From the NCBI RefSeq assembly GCF_009914755.1, contig NC_060935.1: 64,000 bases of DNA; one strand, written 5' to 3'. This document shows positions 13,177 to 29,045 of the stretch, piece after piece. The position numbers were made by a program, and so were the translations under genes. Each line of letters begins with the position of its first letter. Within the stretch, counting starts at the first letter, position 1. The notes below the pieces were generated by a model, which did not search any database, was not told the origin of the DNA, and saw nothing but the letters and a program-made list of their open reading frames with translations. The stretch is from the human T2T-CHM13v2.0 reference genome, Homo sapiens.

Positions 13177-13381
13177 CAGACTTTGGCAGATGTTTTTCAC
13201 AGCAGTCCGTACAGCACACATTCTGACTTTGCACACCATACAGTCTGTTTCAACCACTCAACTCTGCCATCCACAAACAATATGTCAGCAAATGAGCCTG
13301 GTTGTGTTCCAGTAATACTTGATTTACAAATAAAGGTGGTAGGCTGGAATTGGCCTGTGGTTCATAGTTTGCCAACACTTG
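13177..13381. mobile_element. MER58A-like hAT-Charlie MITE inside an L2 fragment (~12626-13420)
   Basis: 8-bp TSD atacagat/gtacagat (13169-13176, 13382-13389); ends ...tagtttgccaacacttg. Confidence 0.7.
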
Positions 13382-13613
13382 GTACAGATACGATTTAAAG
13401 CAATGGGACTAGGTAGTTTTGGAAATGCTGGGGAAAAAAAAAAGCCTTGTATAGGTACTCTAATTTATAATGTGATGATGCTACTTCATTACTTTGAAAA
13501 GTATACTGAAGTGAGGTTGTAATAAACTTCTACAACTCTTGAGATGAAATGCTTGAATTTGGAGTTGTAAACACAACCCTTAAGAGGTAACGAAATGCTA
13601 TGTTAGTACTGAC

Positions 13614-13698
13614 CGATCATCATCATCCGGAGGAGCATTAGTGCTAGACGTGCTTTGAAGTGTAGGCAAGCCCTCAGAAACGCCTTCATCTACTGAGC
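13614..13698 (-). CDS. ZBTB44: ZBTB44 exon 3 (85 nt): (G)SVDEGVSEGLPTLQSTSSTNAPPDDDD(R)
   Basis: Not in the ORF track; read manually. Acceptor ctcttattcacAG|GC, donor GATCG|GTCAGT. Phase 1 in and phase 2 out match the neighbouring exons. Confidence 0.95.
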
Positions 13699-13802
13699 CT
13701 GTGAATAAGAGAAAGAGGACCACTGTAATCCTTTGGTGTGAATAAGCCAAGATTGTAACTGAAAGCTATATTATATCTAAGCCTCTGACATATATTATCT
13801 AG

Positions 13803-14141
<339 letters not shown>

Positions 14142-14749
14142 GTGTTCTATATTTTTAAATGTTTGTGATTTTAAAGAAAAACCACATGTAAGATAATAGT
14201 CTTATATTACTATTTAAGTTCTTTTAGAAATATTTCTTTGACACATTTCAGAAAGCAAGCAGGGCAATTCAAAAGCGAACAAAAATCCACATAAAACTGA
14301 GTAATTAACCATTTAAGGAAACACTGAAATTCTTATTTTTTAAAACTTATTGAAGACATACAACTTGTTGCACAACTTTTATACAGAATTTAACAGATAA
14401 AGTGAACACCCAGGCAACCTCCACACACAAGCCACACGAAAGCACGGCCAGCATCCTGGAAGTCCCCATTCATCCTTCCCTGATCATAAACCCCTCCCTT
14501 CTCCAAAAGCTTCTTATGGTTATCATTTTCCTCCTCCCATTCTCTCACTTTTAAAAGTAATTTTATCTTGAATACAAGTATCCATAAGGTAGGTATTCGT
14601 TCTTGCTGGAACACAACTTTGGCTGGACTAGGGCTGCTTCTGCCTACAGTGGCAGAGTTTAGTAGCTTTTGGTTGTGACAGAGACCATGTGGCAGTTATG
14701 TCTAAAACAGTTATCATTTTGCCTTTAAAGGAAAGTTTGCCAAGGCTTG

Positions 14750-17200
14750 CCATAAACAATACTTTTTAGTGTTGTCTGGCTGTTTTATATAAACCGGGTC
14801 ATACTATATGTATTCTTTTGTCTTGCTTCTTTCCTCCAACATTGTGGACTCATCGTTTTTACGTGTAACCAAAGTTTATTTTCATTGTTTATAATATTCA
14901 TCATTATCCATTTTACTCTTGATGGACAGTTTTTTGGCTATTAAGAACAATGCTGCTGTGAATATCCTTAATGCACATAAGCATGCTTTTCTCCATGGTA
15001 AAGACTTAGGAATGGAGGTGGTACATATGTAGGAATGGAATTGCTAGGTCACTGAACACATTTATCTTCAACTTTATTAGAAAATACTAAACTCTTTCCA
15101 GAGTGACTGTACTAAATTCACATCACTGCTAGTATATCAGAGTTGTGCTGCTCCATATCCTTACCTCCTTACCAACATTTGGTATTGCTGGATTTTTAAG
15201 TTATTACCACTGGTTTTTAAAATTATTACCAACCTGGTGTATGTCTTACAATATTTCATGGTGGTTTGAATTGCATTTCCCTTATAACTACTGGGGTGAA
15301 TCTAGTGTCACATATTTACGGAATCTCCCTTCCTCCCTCTTTTGTGAAATGCCAGAGTTGTCTGCCTTTTTAGCATAAGAGTTCTTTTCACAATTTGTAT
15401 ATAAGCCCTTGGTCAGTGATACATACTACAAATATCTTTCCCCATCCCATGGCTTTTTTTTTCACCCTTTCTAATGGCTTCTTCTGATGAACAAAGTTTA
15501 ACATTTTAATTTAATTAATCCTTTTCTCATTGTTATGGCTTTTTGGTCTTGTTTTTAAAAAATCTTTCCCTGTCTGAAATTATCTTATGAAAAGTATCAT
15601 GTTTTGTGCCTTATGTTTTTTCTTTAACCCATTGGAGTTGACTTTGTGACCGAATGTCATGAAAGGTCTGCCTTCTCTGCTCTGCAGTGCCTCCTGTGTT
15701 GTATGTCATGTATAAATACATAGGTCTGTTTTCGGGTTTTCTATTAGTTCCATCTGCTTATCTGTCCTTGTATTAATGCCAATCTTTAGTTACTGTAGCT
15801 TTATAATAAATCTTGCTATCAAGTAGAGAAAGTTCTCTGCCCTTGTTCATTTGCTTTCTGAACATTCTGGCTATTTTTTGACTTCTGCATTCCTGTATAC
15901 ATTTGAGAATCAGCTTGCTGAATACAAGTGGAAATAAATATTCCATTTCTCCCCTTCTATTTGTTTAGAAGTTACACAATATTTTCCTATTTCTTTGTAT
16001 TGGTTGCCTTAGAAATTAGAGATATACTTTGTTTACCAAAGTCTAAAGTTAAAACCTTTACTTCCTTCTGGATAATACAAAGATCCTAGAAGCTTTAACT
16101 CCATTTCCCACCACTTCCATCCTGCCATTTACAAATTGTCTGATATTTTACTTCTTTGTTCTGATTAAGCCCCACAAACATTATCATATATACATGTTCT
16201 CACATTTACCTCTGCCTTTGCTGTTCATTCTTGCAAATGAAACCACTCATCTATGCTCACTTCACTTCTGCCAAAAGTCCATTCTTTATAACTTTTTTGG
16301 CAATGATTTGCTGATGATCAATTCTTTTTGTTTGAAAACATATTTATTTTCAAATATAAATATTTCATTTATATATTTTTCAAATATAATTCATTCTTGA
16401 AAGACATTTTTACCCTGTGTAGAAATCTAGACTGGGAGCTATTTTCTTTCAGCACACTGAGGATATCATCCCACTGGTTTCTGGTGGTGGTAAAAAGTCA
16501 TATTCTTTTGAAGGTAATGTCTTTTTACATTTTTTTCCCTGAATTTTCTCTACAATGTATCTAGGTCTGTGTTTCTTTTTACTATTCCTGTTTGGGACTG
16601 GTGTCTTTCATCAAATCTGGAAAATTCTCAGCCAACCTCTCCTCTCTCTTTAGAGCTTCCATCAAACCTACATTTGTTGTCTTCCGCACCCTTCTCCTCT
16701 TTGCTACTGCAGTTTCCACCACTGTGTCTCTCTCTGTGTAGCACTGAAGTAATTTCTTCTAGTTTATCTTTTAATTTCCTAATTCTCTTCTGTTGAGTGC
16801 AATGTGCTGCCAAAATGTTCACGGAGATTTTAATTTTGGTTATCATTTTTCTTTTCTAAAAGTCCCATTTGGTACTCCTTAAATCTGCTATGTCACTTTT
16901 TATAGTTTACTGTTCTCTGCAATTATTGTTCATGTTTATTTTGTTAAATACAGTAAGCATATTTACTTTATATCTGTGCTTGAAAACTACGCCAAGTGGC
17001 AATGCCAATATATTTCTGCTGCATTTAAAAAACACATTTTTTTTTTCCTGTTGGTTCTCTCTCTGCCTTGTTTTCTTGAGTGCTCTGGTAATTTTTCGAC
17101 TGGTTATTGCCCTTGAAAATTATTTGTAGGAAATTGAGTTGCTGAGGTCAGGATACATAATGCCCTTTTCCAGAGAAGTTTTATGTTTGCTTCTGCTAGG
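14750..17200 (-). mobile_element. Ancient L1M fragments
   Basis: T-rich degenerate L1 antisense motifs (aatgctgctgtgaa, ggaattgctaggtca, tgaattgcatttccct). Confidence 0.55.
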
Positions 17201-17433
17201 TTCCTGGGCAGCATTAGCTATATGAGATTCACTGTTTGAGATTCCTTGGCCTACCCACTCAAAGTCTGTGTTGTAACAATTTGTAAGTGGTCTAGCAGTA
17301 ACTTCTCAGGGATGTGTTTTCCTCTCTTTTTCCTTTTCTAGTCCGCTCATTGCCAAGGCAGGTTTTTCTACAGTCCCCTGGAGTTTGGAGGACAGGGAGC
17401 AGGTTTAGTTCTGACAGTACAATCCCAAAGGAC

Positions 17434-17689
17434 AATGCACATGAGCATGCTTTTCTCCACAGTATATACTTAGGAATGGAAGTGGTATATGTGTAGGAAT
17501 GGAGCCGCTAGGTCACTGAATACATTTATCTTCAACCTTATTAGAAAATACTAAATTCTTTTCTAAAATGATTGTACTAAATTTACATCACTGCTAGCAG
17601 TATATCAGAGTTGTGTTGCTCCATATCCTTACCAACACTTGGTATTGCAGGATTTTTAAATTATTACCAATCAGGAACGTGTTACAATA
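17434..17689 (+). repeat. Local ~255-bp direct duplicate of 14970-15253
   Basis: Colinear match from aatgcacat(a/g)agcatgcttttctcca to tacaata; both copies share a private taggaatgga doublet. Confidence 0.92.
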
Positions 17690-17750
17690 CACACATTAAG
17701 CAGGGAGCAGGTTTAGTTCTAATGTAAACCTGCTCCCTGCTTAACGTGTG
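17690..17750. repeat. Inverted repeat: 26-bp arms (25/26 match), 9-nt loop
   Basis: cacacattaagcagggagcaggttta-gttctaatg-taaacctgctccctgcttaacgtgtg. Confidence 0.95.
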
Positions 17751-18187
17751 GGGCAACTTTTCTAAGACTTTACAACTTTTACACACTCTGAGCTTTCAGT
17801 TTCATTTCTCCTGCTCTTTGAGTTGATCAACCAAAGCCCATTTGTGTTTTGGCAAATGTCTTAAAGGCAAAACTGATTTTAGTGCTCTGATGATCTACTT
17901 ACCTCCCTGGGCCAGGCTTTCTCCCCTAATTTAACCTTGCAGTTCCTTGGCCATCTTTTCAGCTTTTCAAACAGTTTAAAAGTGAATTTTTAAAAACTTA
18001 AAATTTGTTGTTTGTGGTGGGACAGTAGACTCAAACAACCTAGCTTATTCTCATTAGGTAATGAACTCTTTACTGAACACAAACCAGCTGTGTTGCACCA
18101 AATGAACAAATCTGAGCCTCTGAGAATTTCGGTCTTTTAATAGCAAACAAGCTTTTGGTTATAATATTTTAATGAAAATGAAAATGT

Positions 18188-18560
<373 letters not shown>

Positions 18561-19368
18561 CTAATGAACATACGGGATGAAATTTCCTTCTGATGAAGAT
18601 TTGGAATCTAATACTTAAGTTTCCCTCTTTGGAACACTTGAATTGCTGTCATTAGGAAACAGGTACATCATCCACTTAAGTAAAAAGCGTTTTAAAAAAC
18701 TAAATTTTAAGGCATCCAAACTTTATTTAATCACTTGTACTGGAAAACTTGTGACAGGGTTACATTTTGCCTTGACTTCTTAAATGAAGGACACCATATA
18801 GAACTTATTTTTTGTTTCTTGATGACTCACCACAATCATAAAGAACACTCATTACTATACAGTGTTCTAATACTTGGGTATACTCTGAGGCTTTTGAAAA
18901 TACGCAGGACTATGTGTGTTTACATTCATTCCCAATTGCACCCCCATTCTTTCTGGTCTCCCCATTCCATCCCTTCTGGTGTATGTGTAGCATTTCTGTG
19001 TGTGTCTTTTCTTTTTCTTTCTCTATCAAACGGCATTCCTGCTTTTCCCCTATGTCTACTTATGCAAGTTACTCCCAGGTTCTTCTGACTTGTTTTTAAT
19101 CCAGATGTAGGACAGAGAACCAGATAATGCTGCATTTTAAGAAAGAACTGTTTACTTGTCAGTATCTTCCCATTCTCAGTTTTTTCCTTAAAGAAAAGAA
19201 AAATAAACATTAACTTTTCAATCAGTCCTGGGCTAAGAAACTGGAAAAACACCAGTATTTAGCGTTGGTCCCATGGACATCAAGACCTATTTGACGGTGC
19301 TCTGAACTTATTCAGAGCACAGACAGTATTAAAGCGTACAGACAAAGGCTTGCCCCAAAACGCCTGGA

Positions 19369-19569
19369 GTTGTGATAAGGGTAGGCCAAGAAGACTGGCA
19401 TCTGCTTCTCACTATCAGCTTGTGATAAGGGTAGGCCAAGAAGACTGGCATCGGCTTCTCACTATCAGGTTGTGAGAAGGGTAGGCCAAGAAGACTGGCA
19501 TCGGCTTCTCACTATCAGGTTGTGAGAAGGGTAGGCCAAGAAGACTGGCATCTGCTTCTCACTATCAGG
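19369..19569. repeat. Minisatellite, 4 x 50-bp near-identical units
   Basis: Unit GTTGTGA(T/G)AAGGGTAGGCCAAGAAGACTGGCATC(T/G)GCTTCTCACTATCAG with starts 50 bp apart. Confidence 0.97.
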
Positions 19570-20062
19570 CAGGCCATACTCTTTCGAGGAGGGAATGGAC
19601 TCTTGGTGAGGTGAGAATAAAAACCACACTGTCTGGGACCGATTCTAGTACCGTCAAAGGTTTGTTTAAAAAGCTGGTTGAAAAGAACTAAAATGCAGTA
19701 CAAGATACATCTAGCAGATGGCCCTTCTTAAAACAAATCCATCTCTACATTCTAAAATGTCTAGATCCCCTGATTCAATGGATAGTGAGCATGCAAAGCA
19801 AAGCAAAACTATTTTCCCTCACCCATGGCTACTGAATGCACCAACAGCTAAAAATGAAAGCCACTCCAAGCTAAAATGAGTTAAAACAGACTTTTGGAAT
19901 TCTATGTATACTGTGGAGGTAAACACATAGTGTTATATCACTTATGCAACTATCAGCAAAAAATAAATTTTGTGCAACTGTTTTTCTTGAAATGATGGTT
20001 TTTGCAAATAACACAAGTAATCATATGAATTGGAATTTCAGTTAAACTGATTTAACAGCAGA

Positions 20063-20116
20063 ATATATACACATATATATACACACACACATATATATAT
20101 ACACACACATATATAT
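20063..20116. repeat. Compound (TA)n/(CA)n microsatellite
   Basis: atatatacacatatatatacacacacacatatatatatacacacacatatatat. Confidence 0.9.
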
Positions 20117-20574
20117 GCACAATATTACTTTCCTGAGGTGACAGTGATGTTTCTTAAATTATTAAAATGAAGTTTCCTTTCTACCCTATAGGGATTCTGT
20201 TCTCAGTGGTAGTGAGGCTAAGAATTCTGGTCAGACACTTTTCACCTTGTGAAACAGTAAAACTGATTCACAGAGACAATCAGCTTTATATGGGTCAGGG
20301 CTAGCTTATCAAGACAGAGTCGACTCTCTCCCCAATTAGAAGTGCTGTATGATAGCTTCTGTTGCATCAAACTCAAGTTGCTGCTGCCACTGTTCAGGTA
20401 TTCAAGATACTTACAAAGATCCCTCTGGAATTGAAAAGCAATTACAGTGGTCATCTCCTACTGAGTATTTACCATGTGCCAGGCATTGTTCTAAAAGGTT
20501 TTCAATATAAGATCTCAATTTATACTTGAAAAAGAGAAACATCTTCCAACATTCAGAAACAGGCTTGGCACTCA

Positions 20575-21500
20575 TTTAGGGGTGGGGCCTGGTCCTTACA
20601 GCCACAGTATTCTCCTGGGGAACATAAACAGTCTCACAAAACAACATAAAATCAAGTCACTCTGTGACCCTTATTTAAAGCGAGACTAAAAAACACTTTT
20701 ATTTGTGCAATCACAAACATACCAGTCATCCCCATCTCTCGCTGGCTAATGAGTCACTACTGCTATAGATTCACTTTAGTCTGCATTCCTAGATAGTATT
20801 TATTAAGATATTCAATAACAGAATTCTCTCTCCTTTCTGACATCACCAGTCCTGAGCAAACCTCACTTCCTTGAACCCTCCCTAATGGAGAGTAAGCATC
20901 CCTGAAATCACCCAACACAAGGCCAAATCCTGCGCTAAGGCCTTTTTAACACCTTCTTACTGACAACCAGCCCTAAAAACCCCATGGTGTATAATCTCCC
21001 TTGTTGCAAATGAGCAACAAACTCAACCTGTTCAATCATAGGTGGTCTTTGGCTATAGGGCCCAGGCAGAAATAAAGATCCACTGAGATTCAGCTAAATT
21101 CCTTGTTGCTTCGTCCTGGGATCCTGGATGAGAGGGCAGATATAAAATCCCTTTTGAGGTGCCACCTGCCCTTGGCTGGGATGTAAGTTCATGCTGAATT
21201 AAGCTCAAATAGTTCAATGAAGCCCTTCACTGTCAGGTTTGTTTTGTTTTCCTAGAAACAGTCTTTTGAAAATATTTTGGTTATTCAGATTGTGTTGCTC
21301 CTTGGTGAAACTGTTTTCTAGGCTAACACCTGCTCTGAAGATCATCTGCCTGCCTGCCTGCTGTGTTAACGGCCTACAAGAGAAATAAACGATAATGAGA
21401 GGATGAACATAGGTTGGATTAGTTCATCTGAACTGGCCCTGGAGGCCAAGTTCAGATCTCTGACTGGCAAAACCATTTCAAAACTTTACAAGGTATAACA
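20575..21500 (+). mobile_element. Old ERV1 LTR (MER31/MER67-like) with a probable adjacent internal fragment
   Basis: LTR-type 3' end gcaacaaactcaacctgttcaa...ggtggtctttggct; boundaries approximate. Confidence 0.45.
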
Positions 21501-22163
21501 CAGATGAACTGTGAAAACATTATGGTAAAAACATAAGCCAGTGAGAAAAAAAAACCCACGTATTTCATGATCCCACTGATATAAAATATCCAGAATAGGC
21601 AACTATTAATATTTACAGTGGTTTGCCTAGGAGTGGGGATGGGGTTAGAAGGACTAGAGAGTTATCTTTTTAAGTAACAAGGCCCAACCTAAAACCAGCA
21701 GTCTTTTTTCTCCTTTAAATTTGTTGTATTTATTGCTTTTATTTGCTGCAAGTTGATACTGAATTTTACAACCTTTCCATGGGCAAGTGGAAACAAAAGG
21801 AACTTAAAACAGCAGGTAAAATCCTATCTGAACTAATTTCATGGATAATCAAATTATTATTTTGGAAATTTGAAAATAATACACTAAACATTATATTTTC
21901 TATCCCTAGAAAGACAAGATACCTCTCAGAGATGTTCTTTAACAAATTAGTAAGTAAAATTAAATACTCTTATGGAACTTACAGGGGAAAAAGTACCATG
22001 CACATCTTCCTTTTCTCCCTCTCAAATTTACTGACTGCCTTCAATACCGCAAGGAATTTTCTGTATGGCTTTGTTTTAGTATGCAAGTTTGGAGTTAAGA
22101 TTGGTTTGTTGAGAGTGATTAGTACATTTGCCATGAAGGCAAGGAAAAAACATCATATTGGAG

Positions 22164-22920
<757 letters not shown>

Positions 22921-25900
22921 TATCATAAAGGCAAAACCTGAACTGATTATATATACTTGGGAGTGGTAAAGGATGACTATTTCACATGCCTAACTCAATA
23001 TCTTAGATATTTAGACAGATTAATATTTGGGTTCCTACTTTCTTAAATGATTAAAATTATAATTATTCAGTAGGCAGTTCGTTACTCAGAAGGTACCAAG
23101 GTGTTTTCAATTACTGACTCTGGTAGTTTAGTAAAAACTTGGTTGTATCAACAAATAGCTATGATTTCTTGAAATTAAATATTTTGTTGGATGTGTGTTC
23201 ATGTAAATTCTTCACAACTATTTTGACCCCAATTCAGGAATATGAACTTCAGTGGCTGCTGTGGGTGACATTATTTCCCCCAGAAAGACACTACGTCTTG
23301 GCTGCTGGCAAGATGGCCGAATAGGAACAGCTCCAGTCTGCAGCTCCCAGTGAGACCAACACAGAAGGCAGGTGTCTGCATTTCTAATGAGGTACCCTGT
23401 TCATCTCACTGGGACTAGTTAGGCAGTGGGTACAGCCCACAGAGGGTGAGCAGAAGCAGGGTGGGGCGTTACCTCACCCAGGAAGTGCAAGGAGCCAAGG
23501 AAAGCAGTGAGGGACTGTGCTATCTGGCCCAGATACTACGCTTTTCCCACAGTTTTTGCAATCCGCAGACCAGGAGATTCCCTCGTGTGCTACATCACTA
23601 GGGCCCCGGGTTTCAAGCACAAAACTGGGCGGCTGTTTGGGCAGACACCAAGCTAGCTCTTCTTTTTTCACACACCAGTGGTGCCTGGAACCACAGTGAG
23701 ACAGAACCATTCACAGAACCTTTGCAGCCCCCTGCAAAGGGGGCTGAAGCCAGGGAGCCAAGTGGTCTCACTCAGCAGGTCCCACTCCCACAGAGCCCAG
23801 CAAGCTAAGAACCACTGGCTTGAAATTCTCACTGCCAGCACAGCAGTCTGAAGTTGACCTGGGACGATCAAGCTTGGTCGGGGGAGGGACATCCGCCATT
23901 ACTGAGGCTTGAGTAGTTGGTTTTCCCCTGACAGCGCTAAAAAGGCCTGGAAGTTCCAACTGGGCAGAACTCAACACAGTGTGGCACAGTGGCTATGGCC
24001 AGACTGCCTCTTTAGATTCCTCTTCATTGGGCAGGGCATCTCTGAAAGAAAGACAGCAGCCCCAGTCAGGGCTTATAGATAAAAATCCCATCTCACTGGG
24101 ACAGAGCACCTGGGAGAAGGGGCGGCTGTGGGCGCAGCTTCAGTGGACTTAAACGTCCCTGCCTGCAGGTTCTGAAGAGAGCAGCGGATACTCACAAGGA
24201 GGGTTCTACCAGCACAGTGCTTGACTTCTGCTAAGGGACAGACTGCCTCCTCAAGTGGGTCCCTGACCCCCATGCCTCCTGACTGGGAGAGACTTCCCAA
24301 CAGGGGTGACAGACACCTCATACAGGAGAGCTCCGGCTGGCATCAGGCCGGTGCCCCTCTGGGATGAAGCATCCAGAGGAAGCAGCAGGCAGCAATCTTT
24401 GCTGTTCTGCAGCCTCCGCTGGTGATACCCAGGCTAATAGGGTCTGGAGTGGACCTCCAACAAACTGCAGCAGACCTTCAAAAGAGGGGCCTGTTAGAAG
24501 AAAAACTAACAAACAAAAAGCAATAACATCAACATCAACATCAACAAAAAGAACCTCCACACAGACGCCCCATCCAAACCCATCCAAAGGTCACCAGCCT
24601 CAAAGATCAAAGATAGATAAATCCACGAAGATGAGGAAAAACCAGCACAAAAATGCTGAAAATTCCAAAAACCAGAATGCCTCTTCTCCAAATGACTGCA
24701 ACTCCTCTCCAGCGAGGGCACAACACTGGACAGAGAATGAATTTGACAAATCGACAGAAGTAGGCTTCAGAAGGTCGGTAATAACAAACTCCTCTCCACT
24801 AACGGAGCATGTTCTATCTCACCCAATGCAAGGAAGCTAAGAACCTTGACAAAAGGTTACAGCAACTGCTAACTAGAATAACCCGTTTACGGAAGAACAT
24901 AAATGACCTGACAGAGCTAAAAAACACAGCACGAGAACTTCACAAAGCATACACAAGTATCAATAGCTGAATGGATCAAGCGGAAGAAAGATAACAGAGA
25001 ATGAAGATCAACTTACTGAAATGAGGCATGAAGACAGGATTAGAGAAAAAAAGATTGAAAAGGAACAAACAAAGCCTCCAAGAAATATGGGACTATGTGA
25101 AAAGACCAAACCTACGATTGACTGAGGTCCCTGAAAGTGACAGGGAGAAATGAACCAAGCTGGAAAACACACTTCAGAATATTATCCAGGACAACTTCCC
25201 CAACCTAGCAACACAGGCCAACATTCAAATTCAGGAAATACAGAGAACATCATTAAGATACTCCTCGAGAATAGCAACCCCAAGAGACATAATCATCAGA
25301 TTCTCCAAGGTTGAAATGAAGGAAAAATGTTAAGGGCAGCCAGAGAGAAAGGTCAGGTTACCTACAGAGGGAAGCCATCAGACTAACAGCGGATCTCTCT
25401 ACAGAGAGTGGGGGCCAATATTCAAATTCTTAAAGAAAAGAATTTTCAATCCAGAATTTCATATCCAGACAAACTACGTTTCATAAGTGAGAAATAAAAT
25501 CCTTTACAGACAAGCAAATGCTGAGGGATTTTGTAACCACCAGGGTTGCCTTACAAGAGCTCCTGAAGGAAGCACTAAATATGGAAAGGAAAAACTGGTA
25601 CCAGCCACTGCAAAAACACACCAAAATACAAAGACCAATGACATTATAAAGAAACTGCATCAATGAATGTGCAAAATAACCAGCTAGCATCATGACGACA
25701 GGATCAAATTTGCATATAACAATATTAACCTTAAATGTAAATGGGCTAAATGCCCCAATTAAAAGACACAGACTGGCAAACTGGATAAAGAGTTGAGACC
25801 CATTGGTGTGCTGTGTTCAGGAGACCTATCTCATGTGGGTCAAAGACACACATAGACTCAAAATAAAGGAATGGAGGAATATTTACCAAGCAAATGGAAA

Positions 25901-26429
25901 GAAAAAAAAGAAGCAGGGGCTGCAATCATAGTCTCTGATAAAACAGTCTTTAAACCAACAAAGATCAAAAAAGACAAAGAAGGGCATTATATAATGGCAG
26001 ACGGATCAATGCAACAAGAAGAGCTAACTATCCTAAATACATATATACGCAATACAGAAGCACCCAGATTCATAAAACAAGTTCTTAGAGACCTACAAAG
26101 AGACTTAGACCCCCACACAATAATAGTGGGAGACTTTAACACCCCACTGTCAATATTAGACAGATCAACGAGACAGAAAATTAACAAAGATATTCAGGAC
26201 TTGAACTCAGCTCTGGACCAAGCAGACCTAATAGACAGCTATAGAACTCTCCACCACAAATCAACAGAATATACATTCTTCTCAGCACCGCATGGCACTT
26301 ATTCTAAAATAGACCACATAATTGGAAGTAAAACACACCTCAGCAAATGCAAAAGAACGGAAATCGTAACAAACAGCCTCTCAGACCACAGTGCCATCAA
26401 ATTAGAACTCAGGATTAAGAAACTCACTC

Positions 26430-29045
<2,616 letters not shown>

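Noticed and set aside
19471-19562. Notch/RBPJ sequence-paired site
   Set aside because: The head-to-head GTGAGAA motifs are ~27 bp apart, not the 15-17 bp required
19369-19569. CRISPR-like array
   Set aside because: Units are contiguous with no unique spacers, there are no cas genes, and the context is a primate intron. This is a minisatellite
20750-20756. AP-1 site TGAGTCA in the LTR remnant as an enhancer
   Set aside because: A single 7-mer is expected by chance in 64 kb; no supporting cluster
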